A DNA stretch of 64,000 nt from a virus. The notes under the pieces were generated by a model that was given only the letters and a program-made list of their open reading frames with translations, did not search any database and was not told the origin of the DNA. A program made the position numbers and the translations under genes. The stretch is from the IMG/VR virus record IMGVR_UViG_3300042691_040495, positions 32,682 through 96,681 of that record; one strand, given 5' to 3'. Of the stretch, positions 26,472-35,935 are shown piece after piece (the first letter of the stretch is position 1; each line of letters begins with the position of its first letter).

Positions 26472-28097
26472 ATGGGTCAGGTTTTTACATTTGAGTGTGG
26501 TTGCAAATTCCCTGTCATAGATAATAATGAAAAATTTCCTAAAATAGATTTTTCACCTAAGCTTTCTAACATTAGTCTAACTTGTCAAAAAACTTGGGAT
26601 TTAATATCTCTTGGAAATACCAAAGGGTGTTTTCAGCTTGAGTCCAGACTTGGACAAACAATGGCCAGGAAATTGAAGCCTCAAAATATAGAACAACTAT
26701 CTGGTCTTATTAGCATTCTTAGACCAGGATGCTTAGAGGCTATGAGAGATGGTAAAAGCGTATCTAATCATTATATTGATAAAAAAAATGGATTAGCGTC
26801 CATAGATTATTTCCATCCTGCTCTTGAGCCAATCTTAAAAGATACATATTCTGAGATGATATATCAAGAACAAGCCATGTCAATAGCCAAAGAATTAGCT
26901 GGGTTTAATCTGAAAGAGGCAGATGATCTTAGAAAAGCTATCGGCAAAAAACAAGCTGATAAGATGGCTAAGGTCAAAGAAAAATTTATTAATGGTTCAA
27001 AAAACAAAGGACTAATAAACGAACAAGAAGCTGAACAAATATTCGAATGGATTGAGAAAAGTCAAAGATATTTGTTTAATGCGAGTCATTCCATCAGCTA
27101 TGCCATGAATGCATATTTATCAGCATATGCTAAAGCTCATTTTCCACGAGTATTTTTTGCATCTTATTTAAGGTTTGCCAAAGACAAAATTGATCCTCAA
27201 CAGGAAATAAAAGAACTTGTGAGAAATGCTATTGAAATGGATATAGATATCAGAATACCTGATTTTAGAAATCTTAATGAGCTATTTATACTGAAAGATA
27301 AACAAATATTTTTTGGATTAACAGATATTAAAGGTGTTGGACAATCGGTTTATAATAAGATAATAAATCTGACAAAAGATCAAGACGTACAATCTATGTC
27401 ATGGCCACAAATACTATCAATTGTATTACTTAATATTAATTCGATAGCAAGCAAAGCATTAATTAGTTCTGGTGCATTTGATTATTTTAAGAAAAACAGA
27501 TCAGAATTATTATTTGAATATGAGATATGTAGTGGATTAACAAAAAAAGAATTGACATCTTTTAACGACTATGTTTCATTAAAGAGCGATGCTGGTGTTC
27601 TGGAAATTATGAGACATATTTATGATAATACTAAATTAATAAAAGGAAGAAAAGAAATAATAAATAATTGCATACAGTCATTGATGCGTCCGCCGTATTC
27701 TTTGGTCGATAAAATTGAATGGTTGTCCGATTCAGAAAATAGTCTACTAGGAGTAGGAATTACGTGCTCGAAATTAGATGTTTATGATGTTAGTTCAGCA
27801 AACTGTAATTGTAAAACTTTCAAGACTTCCTTGCTGAAAGAAAACATTATTCTAGTAGGAGAAATATCTAATATAAATGTGACAAAAACAAAAAATGGTA
27901 AAAACCCAGGATTAGAAATGGCTTTTGTGACTATAGAAGATCAATATGGAACTCTGGATACTGTTGTATTTTTTCCAGAAATATTTTCACAATATAGATC
28001 ATATTTATTTATAGGCAGCATACTGGTATTTGCTGGTAATCGCAGCAAAGCAAAGGATGGTCTAATTGTGGAAAAGTGTTTTAATCCTGTTTCTTGA
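26472..28097 (+). CDS. dnaE: DNA polymerase III alpha, C-terminal part (fingers, HhH, OB)
   Basis: GCFQLES, LRPG, IYQEQ, ADDLRKAIGKK, FNASHSISYA, GLTDIKGVG, MAFVTIEDQYG. Confidence 0.93.
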   Translation: MGQVFTFECGCKFPVIDNNEKFPKIDFSPKLSNISLTCQKTWDLISLGNTKGCFQLESRLGQTMARKLKPQNIEQLSGLISILRPGCLEAMRDGKSVSNHYIDKKNGLASIDYFHPALEPILKDTYSEMIYQEQAMSIAKELAGFNLKEADDLRKAIGKKQADKMAKVKEKFINGSKNKGLINEQEAEQIFEWIEKSQRYLFNASHSISYAMNAYLSAYAKAHFPRVFFASYLRFAKDKIDPQQEIKELVRNAIEMDIDIRIPDFRNLNELFILKDKQIFFGLTDIKGVGQSVYNKIINLTKDQDVQSMSWPQILSIVLLNINSIASKALISSGAFDYFKKNRSELLFEYEICSGLTKKELTSFNDYVSLKSDAGVLEIMRHIYDNTKLIKGRKEIINNCIQSLMRPPYSLVDKIEWLSDSENSLLGVGITCSKLDVYDVSSANCNCKTFKTSLLKENIILVGEISNINVTKTKNGKNPGLEMAFVTIEDQYGTLDTVVFFPEIFSQYRSYLFIGSILVFAGNRSKAKDGLIVEKCFNPVS

Positions 28098-28121
28098 CAC
28101 GGTGGTGGCCCAGTTTATAAT
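28094..28121 (+). promoter_or_regulatory. Consensus sigma70 promoter for ssb
   Basis: TTGACA-16 nt-TATAAT; AGGAG SD follows. Confidence 0.75.
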
Positions 28122-28162
28122 ATGGTAGTTGCGAGTTTTCTTTTTTACATAGGAGTTGATTT

Positions 28163-28534
28163 ATGAATATTACATTGCTAAAGGGTAATCTTGCTAGAGA
28201 TCCAGAATTACGAAATGTTAATACTGGCGGAAAGCAAACAGCAGTAGTAAATTTTACTGTTGCAGTATCACGCGAGTATACGAAGGCTAGCGGAGATAAG
28301 GATAAGATTACTTCCTTTATTAATTGCGAAGCTTGGGATAGCGGAGCCGAAATGATCGCTGAGTCATTCAAGAAGGGCGATCTTGTGATGGTAGAAGGAT
28401 CACTAAGAAATGATAGCTGGGAAAAGGATGGAGTTAAGCATAGTAGTCTTAAGGTAAGAGTTAATAACTTTTCTAAGATCACAAGACTATCTAAGAATTC
28501 CAAGCAGGATGCCCAGGAACCAGTAGCGTTCTGA
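28163..28534 (+). CDS. ssb: Single-stranded DNA-binding protein
   Basis: GNLARDPELR, FTVAVSR, CEAW, KGDLVMVEGSL, C-terminal EPVAF tail. Confidence 0.93.
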   Translation: MNITLLKGNLARDPELRNVNTGGKQTAVVNFTVAVSREYTKASGDKDKITSFINCEAWDSGAEMIAESFKKGDLVMVEGSLRNDSWEKDGVKHSSLKVRVNNFSKITRLSKNSKQDAQEPVAF

Positions 28535-28559
28535 TAAATATAGGATAACCCTTTTAAAG

Positions 28560-28592
28560 ATATGGGGGTGCTAATAACACCCCTATATTTTT
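28560..28592 (+). terminator. Intrinsic terminator after ssb
   Basis: ATATGGGGGTG-CTAATAA-CACCCCTATAT followed by a T-run. Confidence 0.75.
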
Positions 28593-28600
28593 ATCTTCTT

Positions 28601-30265
28601 ATGATGAAACAAAAACTTAAAATCTTGATGTGCTCCGAAGCCAGCTTTATCAATTCTGGTTTTGGAATTTATACTAAAGAACTTCTTAATAGATTATACG
28701 ATACAAATAAATACGATATAGCAGAATTTGCTTCGTATGGTTTTGTTAATGATCCTAGAGATGTTTCCATTAGATGGAAGTATTATGCCAATGCCGTTAA
28801 AGATACAGATCCAAGACACAAAGAATACACATCACGAGGAGATAACCAGTTCGGAAGATGGCGTTTTGAAAAAGTTCTTTTAGACTTTAAACCAGACGTT
28901 GTGATAGATATCAGAGATTACTGGATGACCGCCTACCAGAGAATATCCCCTCTGCGTAAATTTTTTCATTGGATATTAATGCCAACTGTAGATTCGTCTC
29001 CACAACAAGAAGAATGGATTGATACATTTTTAGATGCTGATGCTATTTTCACATATTCTGATTGGGGTGCCGAAGTATTACAGAACCAAGCTTCTGGTAA
29101 AATCAACTATATAGATACAACATCTCCGGGTGTTGATTGCAATATTTTTAGACCCAAAGATAGAACCTCAATTAGGTCGGCTTTTGGAATAGACCAAGAT
29201 AGTTTTATTGTTGGATCGGTTATGAGAAACCAAAAAAGGAAATTAATACCCGAACTTTTTGCATCATTCAGAATTTTGTTAGATAGGCTAGAGGCAGATA
29301 ACAACAAAGAATTAGCAAATAAAATATTCTTATATCTACACACCAGTTATCCAGATATGGGTTGGGACATACCCGAAATACTTAGACAAAATAGATTAAC
29401 CAACAAAGTACTATTCACATATTTATGTAAAAACTGTGGAAGAGTTTCCTGTTCAAAATTTCAAGGACCAAGCAAAGTTTGTGAACGATGCTTATCTAAA
29501 TCTAATAATTTTCCATCTGTTACTGAGGGTGTCAGTTCAGAAGATTTAAGCAATATATATAATATATTTGACTTATATGTACAATATTCTATTTGCGAAG
29601 GATTCGGGATGCCACAAGTCGAAGCTGGAGCGTGTGGTGTTCCTATTGCCACTGTTAATTATAGTGCTATGTGTGATATCGTAGATAAACTGAATGCTTA
29701 TCCAATAAAAATTAAATCAGCATTTAAAGAGTTAGAAACAAAAGCCATCAGAGTATATCCAGATAATGAAGATTTAGCAGAATATATCCTGAATATAGCT
29801 TCTCAACCCAAACCGGTTCTTGATAAAAAGCGATTTGAAACCCATGAATTGACACACAAATATTATGATTGGAATAATACTTTTAAGAAATGGGAAAAAT
29901 ATTTAGATAGTTTGGATTCATCTGGATACAGATCAAATTGGAATACTGGAGACTATTTACAGCCATTAACTGGCAATACTGATAATATTACTAGTAATAA
30001 TTTTGATAATGTGCTGCATATGTTAAATAATAATATGAAAAATGCATCAATGATTGGTAGTCAAAAAATATTAGAATTACTAAATAGCGCTGATTATGGT
30101 TTTGTTCAAAATGGACCAACTAGTATTATGGGATATAGTTTTAATGATCTTAAAGAATACATCAGAACATCCATAGATAATAATAATCAAGCAAAACAAG
30201 CAAAAGATAACAATGTTAAATTTGATGAAGATTTTATCTTATATTCAAGACTGAAGAATAAATAA
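28601..30265 (+). CDS. GT4 (GT-B) glycosyltransferase with inserted Zn ribbon
   Basis: SGFGIY, RNQKRK, EGFGMPQVE (Ex7E intact); insert CKNC..C..CERC. Confidence 0.85.
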   Translation: MMKQKLKILMCSEASFINSGFGIYTKELLNRLYDTNKYDIAEFASYGFVNDPRDVSIRWKYYANAVKDTDPRHKEYTSRGDNQFGRWRFEKVLLDFKPDVVIDIRDYWMTAYQRISPLRKFFHWILMPTVDSSPQQEEWIDTFLDADAIFTYSDWGAEVLQNQASGKINYIDTTSPGVDCNIFRPKDRTSIRSAFGIDQDSFIVGSVMRNQKRKLIPELFASFRILLDRLEADNNKELANKIFLYLHTSYPDMGWDIPEILRQNRLTNKVLFTYLCKNCGRVSCSKFQGPSKVCERCLSKSNNFPSVTEGVSSEDLSNIYNIFDLYVQYSICEGFGMPQVEAGACGVPIATVNYSAMCDIVDKLNAYPIKIKSAFKELETKAIRVYPDNEDLAEYILNIASQPKPVLDKKRFETHELTHKYYDWNNTFKKWEKYLDSLDSSGYRSNWNTGDYLQPLTGNTDNITSNNFDNVLHMLNNNMKNASMIGSQKILELLNSADYGFVQNGPTSIMGYSFNDLKEYIRTSIDNNNQAKQAKDNNVKFDEDFILYSRLKNK

Positions 30266-30269
30266 ACCA

Positions 30270-31268
30270 ATGAATATCTTATATATAGGGCCGTATAGAC
30301 AAAAGGGTGTGATCGGAATAACTTCTCTTTTCGTATTAGCCAATTTGTTGTCAAAGTCTAATACAAAAATTAGTGCAAGACCGATTTATCTGAATAATTG
30401 TGAACCAGTAGATATTGGTGATAGTTCCATTCTTGCTAGCGAAAAAAATAGATTTGACAATTATGATATGGTGATACAGAATGTCGATCCTAAAGAAGCA
30501 ATCAAAATTCATTCTGTTCCGAAAAATGTTATTATACCAATTTTAAATGAGAGAATATTGGATGAAAACACCATCAGTAAACTTTTGGATTTTGATTTGG
30601 TTTTAACAGATACAAAAAATGCTTATGCTAGAATTGCAAATACCAATCATAAATTATCAAATAAAACCAAAAATTATGATTATGACATCCCCATGTCTTC
30701 AATACCAAAGAATAAATTTAATATAGGTATTTTAGACAATACTAAAAAATTGTATTTTATTGGTAGTTATAAACATAATGTAACCAATATTAATTATCTA
30801 TGCAAGTCTTTCATCAGAAATACATTGAACAATGAATGTTCTTTGATACTGTTTTTATTTGATATAGACGCAAAAATTAAGAATGATATTGAAAGTATGA
30901 TATCTAAGATATATAATGAAAACGATATAAAACACACAATCAATAGAGTTATTGTTGCTCCTATAGACTCTACAATAGATAATATACTTGTTGCCCATCA
31001 AACGGGTGATATTTTCATAGACTTACAAGACGATAATACAAATACGTTAAATAACAAGTTGGCTACTATTCTTAACAAATCTATAGTTTCATTTACTGTA
31101 GATGATTATGAGTATAATTATGATAGAAATCATTGTATATACGAAACTGGCTGCTCTGGAGTGTCATATAAATCGATAGACACAAAAATCAAAAGAGCAA
31201 TATCAGATAAAACATATAGTGAAACTATAATACCATTTAAGAAACAACATATTAATAAAATTATATGA
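30270..31268 (+). CDS. Degenerate GT-B glycosyltransferase-like protein
   Basis: MNILYIGPYR, LYFIGSY, HQTGDIFI match the GT4 layout, but the RK and Ex7E motifs are absent. Confidence 0.6.
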   Translation: MNILYIGPYRQKGVIGITSLFVLANLLSKSNTKISARPIYLNNCEPVDIGDSSILASEKNRFDNYDMVIQNVDPKEAIKIHSVPKNVIIPILNERILDENTISKLLDFDLVLTDTKNAYARIANTNHKLSNKTKNYDYDIPMSSIPKNKFNIGILDNTKKLYFIGSYKHNVTNINYLCKSFIRNTLNNECSLILFLFDIDAKIKNDIESMISKIYNENDIKHTINRVIVAPIDSTIDNILVAHQTGDIFIDLQDDNTNTLNNKLATILNKSIVSFTVDDYEYNYDRNHCIYETGCSGVSYKSIDTKIKRAISDKTYSETIIPFKKQHINKII

Positions 31269-32143
31269 ACAACATTACTAATTCTATTTTAAATATAGCA
31301 TATGGTACACTAAATAATAGAATCAATATTCTTTATTCTCCTAGTTCTAGATTATTTGATAATATTATAAATGATATTGATGAGATAAATTTATTTTTTG
31401 ATGGAGATGAAGTATCTGACTATTACTATGATTGTTATTTTTCAAATAACTTTTTATTACATACAAACCAAACAAAAAAATTATCAAATCAGTCCCACCT
31501 AAAAGATATTATAGGATTCCATTCTCCTCCACCATCAAATTTCAAAAAAGAAGATCTGGCGCTATTACAAAATAATACCCAAAATATACATAAGATTTTT
31601 TTTAGTGAACATGTTTTACAATCGTGGGGGTATCCTAGAGATAATAAAACAAAACTAATAAACTATGGTATTCCTATCACAGAACAATCGATTACCAGAC
31701 ATAAAAATGTTTTAATATTCAATTTAGAGAATAATCCTCAAATAGAATCTTTATATAATACAATATCTTCACATATACCAAATACAGATATTGTTAAGAC
31801 TATCAATCCTAATATACCTATCAATAGTGTTGGAGAGTTTCTGTCTCAATATAAAGTTTGTCTGGATTTTGGTAATATAGTTAATACTATTTTTGCAATG
31901 TCTTGCGGAGTAGAATGCATTTCGCCCATAACAAATGACCAAGACAATCCTCTTATGCATAGCGTTAGGGATTTTAACGATATATTAACTTTATTAACAA
32001 ATATTCTATCAAATAATACAGATAATCAAATAAGACAAGAAGGTTCCAAACTAATCTATTCAAAATATGATTACGATACTTTTAAAAATAATATGGTAGA
32101 ATATATAACCAATCTTAAAAAGAATGAGATATTTTTATTATGA
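31265..32143 (+). CDS. Degenerate GT-B glycosyltransferase-like protein
   Basis: INYGIP, FLSQYKVCLD, IFAMSCGVECIS (the E of EAM is replaced by F). Confidence 0.6.
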   Translation: MNNITNSILNIAYGTLNNRINILYSPSSRLFDNIINDIDEINLFFDGDEVSDYYYDCYFSNNFLLHTNQTKKLSNQSHLKDIIGFHSPPPSNFKKEDLALLQNNTQNIHKIFFSEHVLQSWGYPRDNKTKLINYGIPITEQSITRHKNVLIFNLENNPQIESLYNTISSHIPNTDIVKTINPNIPINSVGEFLSQYKVCLDFGNIVNTIFAMSCGVECISPITNDQDNPLMHSVRDFNDILTLLTNILSNNTDNQIRQEGSKLIYSKYDYDTFKNNMVEYITNLKKNEIFLL

Positions 32144-32556
32144 ACAGACACTATAATATAACATATAAAAACTATGTACCGAATAGTTCTAATAATCTAA
32201 ATATAGATTTATCTGAACTAGATAAAATAATTAATCACTCAGCAGACGGCATCTATTGTTCCTGTTTAAACTATGTAAAAGTTGAAGAAATAGATAATAT
32301 TTTTAACACACTAATTAATAAGGTTAAACCTGGTGGAACAATATTATTTAGTATATTAGATATGAAAACTTACGCAAATAACTTTTTGCACAATAAGATA
32401 AGCGGACAAGAATTTTTAAAAATTAATAGTAATGTACAATCAATATTATCTACAGAAGATATTTATACTAAAATAGATACAAATACCTTTAAAATCAAAC
32501 AAGTTCTACAAGAAGGTGGCACAATTGACTTGGCTATGGAAAGGATAAAGATATGA
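32140..32556 (+). CDS. Truncated/degenerate class I SAM methyltransferase-like protein
   Basis: DGIYCSCLNYV..LINKVKPGGTILF; no GxGxG motif I. Confidence 0.5.
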   Translation: MNRHYNITYKNYVPNSSNNLNIDLSELDKIINHSADGIYCSCLNYVKVEEIDNIFNTLINKVKPGGTILFSILDMKTYANNFLHNKISGQEFLKINSNVQSILSTEDIYTKIDTNTFKIKQVLQEGGTIDLAMERIKI

Positions 32557-33308
32557 ATAACATTAATACATCCTGCAAGAAATGCTACTTTGCTCAAGAA
32601 GCATCCTCTGAAAAATCTTGTGAATTTTATATACCCGATGCAGTATCCAATGCTAAAAAAATAGAAATTATTGATAATTACAACTATATTCATAATTATT
32701 TATGTAAATACGGTATATCAAATGATAAGGCAAACGAGATCGAAACAAATAAAAATGATATTAATATAAAAGAATATGCAAAAAATAGAGTTGCGCCCAA
32801 GTACGATCTCTTTTATATAGCAGATATTACGGATGATATAGAAAATATCTGTAATCAAATTATAAAACTAGAGATAAAACCAGAATGTATAAATCTAGCA
32901 TTTAGAATGGGTCATGACATGGGAAAAATCCAATCAGTCTGTGACAGGATATTGGGTAAAAGTGTCGCTTGGAAATTGCATTACTTTTTAGAAGATAAAC
33001 AAGATTATGAAATTTTACAAATTTCTACCTCAACCGATGAGAGATTGTCATCTTGTCAATTTATATGGATAGTCAATAGAGAAATTTTAGAATTAGCTAT
33101 CAAAAAAGATAGTATAAATAGAATTAATTATATAGTAAATGTTGATCAACCAGATTTAGCTATACTAATGAGTCAATCATCTTCAGATTATTTTTATGGT
33201 ATATTTCTAACAATAGAAAATATGAATGGAATATATAAAAATATTAGTGCTAATTTAGGTGAAGCAATCAAAGAATCGTACATGGATAATATATCGTATT
33301 ATGATTAA
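32553..33308 (+). CDS. Hypothetical protein with Cys-rich N-terminus
   Basis: TSCKKCYFA..C..C; coupled to both neighbours. Confidence 0.55.
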   Translation: MNNINTSCKKCYFAQEASSEKSCEFYIPDAVSNAKKIEIIDNYNYIHNYLCKYGISNDKANEIETNKNDINIKEYAKNRVAPKYDLFYIADITDDIENICNQIIKLEIKPECINLAFRMGHDMGKIQSVCDRILGKSVAWKLHYFLEDKQDYEILQISTSTDERLSSCQFIWIVNREILELAIKKDSINRINYIVNVDQPDLAILMSQSSSDYFYGIFLTIENMNGIYKNISANLGEAIKESYMDNISYYD

Positions 33309-33978
33309 TGCTCTAATACTGGTACCTGAAATCACGAAAGGAATGAAATCCATAGGATCAAAATCCTTACTTGAGATTAAAAAAAAACTATCAGTATTAG
33401 ACTATCAAATACAATCAATCAAAAATATAGATAAAAGTATCAAAATATCAGTTTGTACAGGATTTGACTCCGAAAGAATCATTGATAATATTAATGACAA
33501 CCATTCGAATATTAGCTATGTATATAATGAGAATTATAAAACTACCAATCAAGCGTATTCCATCAAGATATATCTAGAACAAAATACAAACTGCGATCAA
33601 CTTCTTATTGTTTCTAATGGTGTTTTATTCAAAGATAAATGTATTACCAAGACTATGCTAAATAATGAATGCAAAGTATTTCTACTAAATAAAACTCGTG
33701 AAAATTTTAATCTTGGATGTTCAACACAGCACCATTTTGAATATTTATTCTATGATTTACCAGAACTATGGTCAGAATGTATCTTTTTGAACAAAGAAGC
33801 ATTGACAGTATTACGAAATTTATTTACAAGTAACTATACAACACAAATGTATCTTTTTGAACTAATTAATGAAATGATTAATCAAAAAATAGTATTTAAG
33901 AAACAATATATAGACAAAAAATCAATTATGAAAATTTGTAATTTAAAGGATATAGCTAAAGCCAAAAATTTTATATGA
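33301..33978 (+). CDS. Degenerate nucleotidyltransferase-like protein (LicC/GT-A fold)
   Basis: ALILVPEITKGMKSIGSKSLL (vs AAGxGxR..PK), VCTGF, YNENYKTTNQAYSI, IVSNGV (vs GD). Confidence 0.65.
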   Translation: MINALILVPEITKGMKSIGSKSLLEIKKKLSVLDYQIQSIKNIDKSIKISVCTGFDSERIIDNINDNHSNISYVYNENYKTTNQAYSIKIYLEQNTNCDQLLIVSNGVLFKDKCITKTMLNNECKVFLLNKTRENFNLGCSTQHHFEYLFYDLPELWSECIFLNKEALTVLRNLFTSNYTTQMYLFELINEMINQKIVFKKQYIDKKSIMKICNLKDIAKAKNFI

Positions 33979-34709
33979 AAACCTTATTAGTACAAAACTC
34001 TAAATCTAAATTCATACAAACCAGTATGTACTGCACCATCCCTGATACTAATATCGTGGGAGCTATTATTGACAATAATCTATACAAAACATATTATTCA
34101 TACAATCCAACACATGCTATATTTTGCGCAAATAAAATTACTGAAGAAATTATTCAATTTATATCTGATTTTTCTGCCACAAAGATTAAGTGTTTCATAT
34201 ATCATGAAAACTTATCTTTTGAAATTCTTGATCATCTCAAAGAACTATCAGTAACTCATATTAGCACCATCAAAATTAAACCAGAGTACAAATCCGTTTT
34301 ACTACCTAAAAATTTAGTTAATACTAAATTATTTTATAATGACGAGTCTATTATTAAAAATGAATCAATAGTGTGTTTCATAGACGGATACGAAACTATT
34401 CCAGAGACCATAAATAATTACTTATATCCTAAAACTACTATTCCGATAAAACTATTTAATAACTATAAGATCCAACACTATCAGAATCTTGGATTGCTAG
34501 ACGAGCCAAATAAGGGAAATGTCCTACAGTCAAACAAATATTATTTGTCTCTAGAAAATAATAAAAATGACTATTCTTTAGAAGCTAGTATATGTGGCAG
34601 TATCATTTTAGATATAGGTAATATACAAAACTATACAGAAGTGACGTACAAGGAGCCAAAAGATTACAAAGATTGCGCAACTTTTATCCAAGAAAGTATT
34701 TTAATATGA
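33975..34709 (+). CDS. Degenerate GT-B-like protein
   Basis: LVNTKLF, QNLG, SLEASICGS resemble a GT4 C-terminal domain. Confidence 0.5.
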   Translation: MKTLLVQNSKSKFIQTSMYCTIPDTNIVGAIIDNNLYKTYYSYNPTHAIFCANKITEEIIQFISDFSATKIKCFIYHENLSFEILDHLKELSVTHISTIKIKPEYKSVLLPKNLVNTKLFYNDESIIKNESIVCFIDGYETIPETINNYLYPKTTIPIKLFNNYKIQHYQNLGLLDEPNKGNVLQSNKYYLSLENNKNDYSLEASICGSIILDIGNIQNYTEVTYKEPKDYKDCATFIQESILI

Positions 34710-35161
34710 ATGATGTAGGCTTTGTATTGGTTAAAATTTTTAACGATGATGTACACGATACTATACTTTCTACTATTAAAGAGGTAGAAAAAAATAATCC
34801 ATATAATCAAACTGTTGTATTTAACAGTTATTGTGATAAGTCTAATGTATATAACTTACCGATACTGCATCTGAGTCAATCTCAATTTTTCAATGGAACA
34901 CTCTTTGTATTTGATTTACCCAGTGTTATACTTACTAGTAAATTTCCTAATCTAAAAAAGAGAATATTATATACTGGAGCATTACCTTGGGCAACCAATC
35001 CTGGTACAAGATACGACGAGTGGCGTTCTCTTTATGATCAAAATTCATTAGATATTTTAGTTAATGATATTGATACTTATAATATATACAATATATGCTG
35101 GAAAAAACCAATAGGAATATCTGAAAGGTTCAATTATGAAGAAGTCTCAAAATTCATATGA
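34706..35161 (+). CDS. Hypothetical protein (possible single Rossmann-like domain)
   Basis: ATGA overlap start; last gene of the sugar-enzyme-like cluster. Confidence 0.55.
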   Translation: MNDVGFVLVKIFNDDVHDTILSTIKEVEKNNPYNQTVVFNSYCDKSNVYNLPILHLSQSQFFNGTLFVFDLPSVILTSKFPNLKKRILYTGALPWATNPGTRYDEWRSLYDQNSLDILVNDIDTYNIYNICWKKPIGISERFNYEEVSKFI

Positions 35162-35933
35162 TAAATTATCTGATACCGATAAATTAAAACTTATAACTGA
35201 TCTTTATGTTAATGAAAAACATAGCTTTGCTGATATAGCATCTATGCATGGAACATATGCTAATAAAATAAGAAGAGATGCAAAAAAATTTAAATTAGAA
35301 ATAAGAGATAAATCAGAAGCGCAAAAAAATGCTTTAAAATCTGGTAAGCATACTCATCCCACCAAAGGTAAACAGCGCTCAGAGTTTACAAAAAGCCAAA
35401 TCGGCAAAGGCGTTATGCAGTCCTGGGATGAACTTACAGAAAAAGAACTTGCTGACAGAAAAAAGAAAGCAAAGTTAAATTGGGATCAACTAGATCACGA
35501 TAAGAAAATTTATATGCAGCAATCTGCTATTAAAGCAGTTAGAGAAACCAGTAAAACAGGATCAAAATTAGAAAAATTCATTCATAAAAAACTGTTAAGT
35601 ATTGGATACCAAGTTCAATTTCATAAAGAACAATCATTGGTAAATACAAAGTTGCAAATTGACATTTTCTTACCTAGTATAAATACGGCCATCGAAGTGG
35701 ATGGACCATCTCACTTTGAGCCAGTATGGGGAGAAAAAAGTTTGGCTAGAAATGTTGGATATGATCAAAAAAAGGAAGGATTAATCACAGGACGCGGATG
35801 GCATCTTATACGAATCAAGCAATTAAAAGACTATTCACCAACAAGAGCATCTGAAATTGTTAACAAGTTAATTCCGATATTAGATAATTTATCACAACAA
35901 AATGTGCCACAAAAAATTAATATAGAGGACTAA
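35136..35933 (+). CDS. Free-standing homing-endonuclease-like protein (HTH + Vsr/EDxHD-like nuclease)
   Basis: N-terminal SFADIASMHGTYANKIRR HTH, HPTKGKQRSE NUMOD-like segment, QIDIFLP, IEVDGPSHF. Confidence 0.7.
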   Translation: MKKSQNSYDKLSDTDKLKLITDLYVNEKHSFADIASMHGTYANKIRRDAKKFKLEIRDKSEAQKNALKSGKHTHPTKGKQRSEFTKSQIGKGVMQSWDELTEKELADRKKKAKLNWDQLDHDKKIYMQQSAIKAVRETSKTGSKLEKFIHKKLLSIGYQVQFHKEQSLVNTKLQIDIFLPSINTAIEVDGPSHFEPVWGEKSLARNVGYDQKKEGLITGRGWHLIRIKQLKDYSPTRASEIVNKLIPILDNLSQQNVPQKINIED

Positions 35934-35935
35934 TC

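Noticed and set aside
25500-26600. Split intein or intron in dnaE
   Set aside because: No N-intein start (C/S block A) on DnaE-N and no HN-C/S/T block on DnaE-C; the gap is filled by two ordinary ORFs
28100-28162. tRNA-like GC-rich start (GGTGGTGGCCCAG)
   Set aside because: No cloverleaf or T-loop; it is the spacer of the ssb promoter
28562-28600. ORF-track start of the GT4 gene at 28562
   Set aside because: It lies within the ssb terminator hairpin; ATG 28601 or 28604 is more plausible
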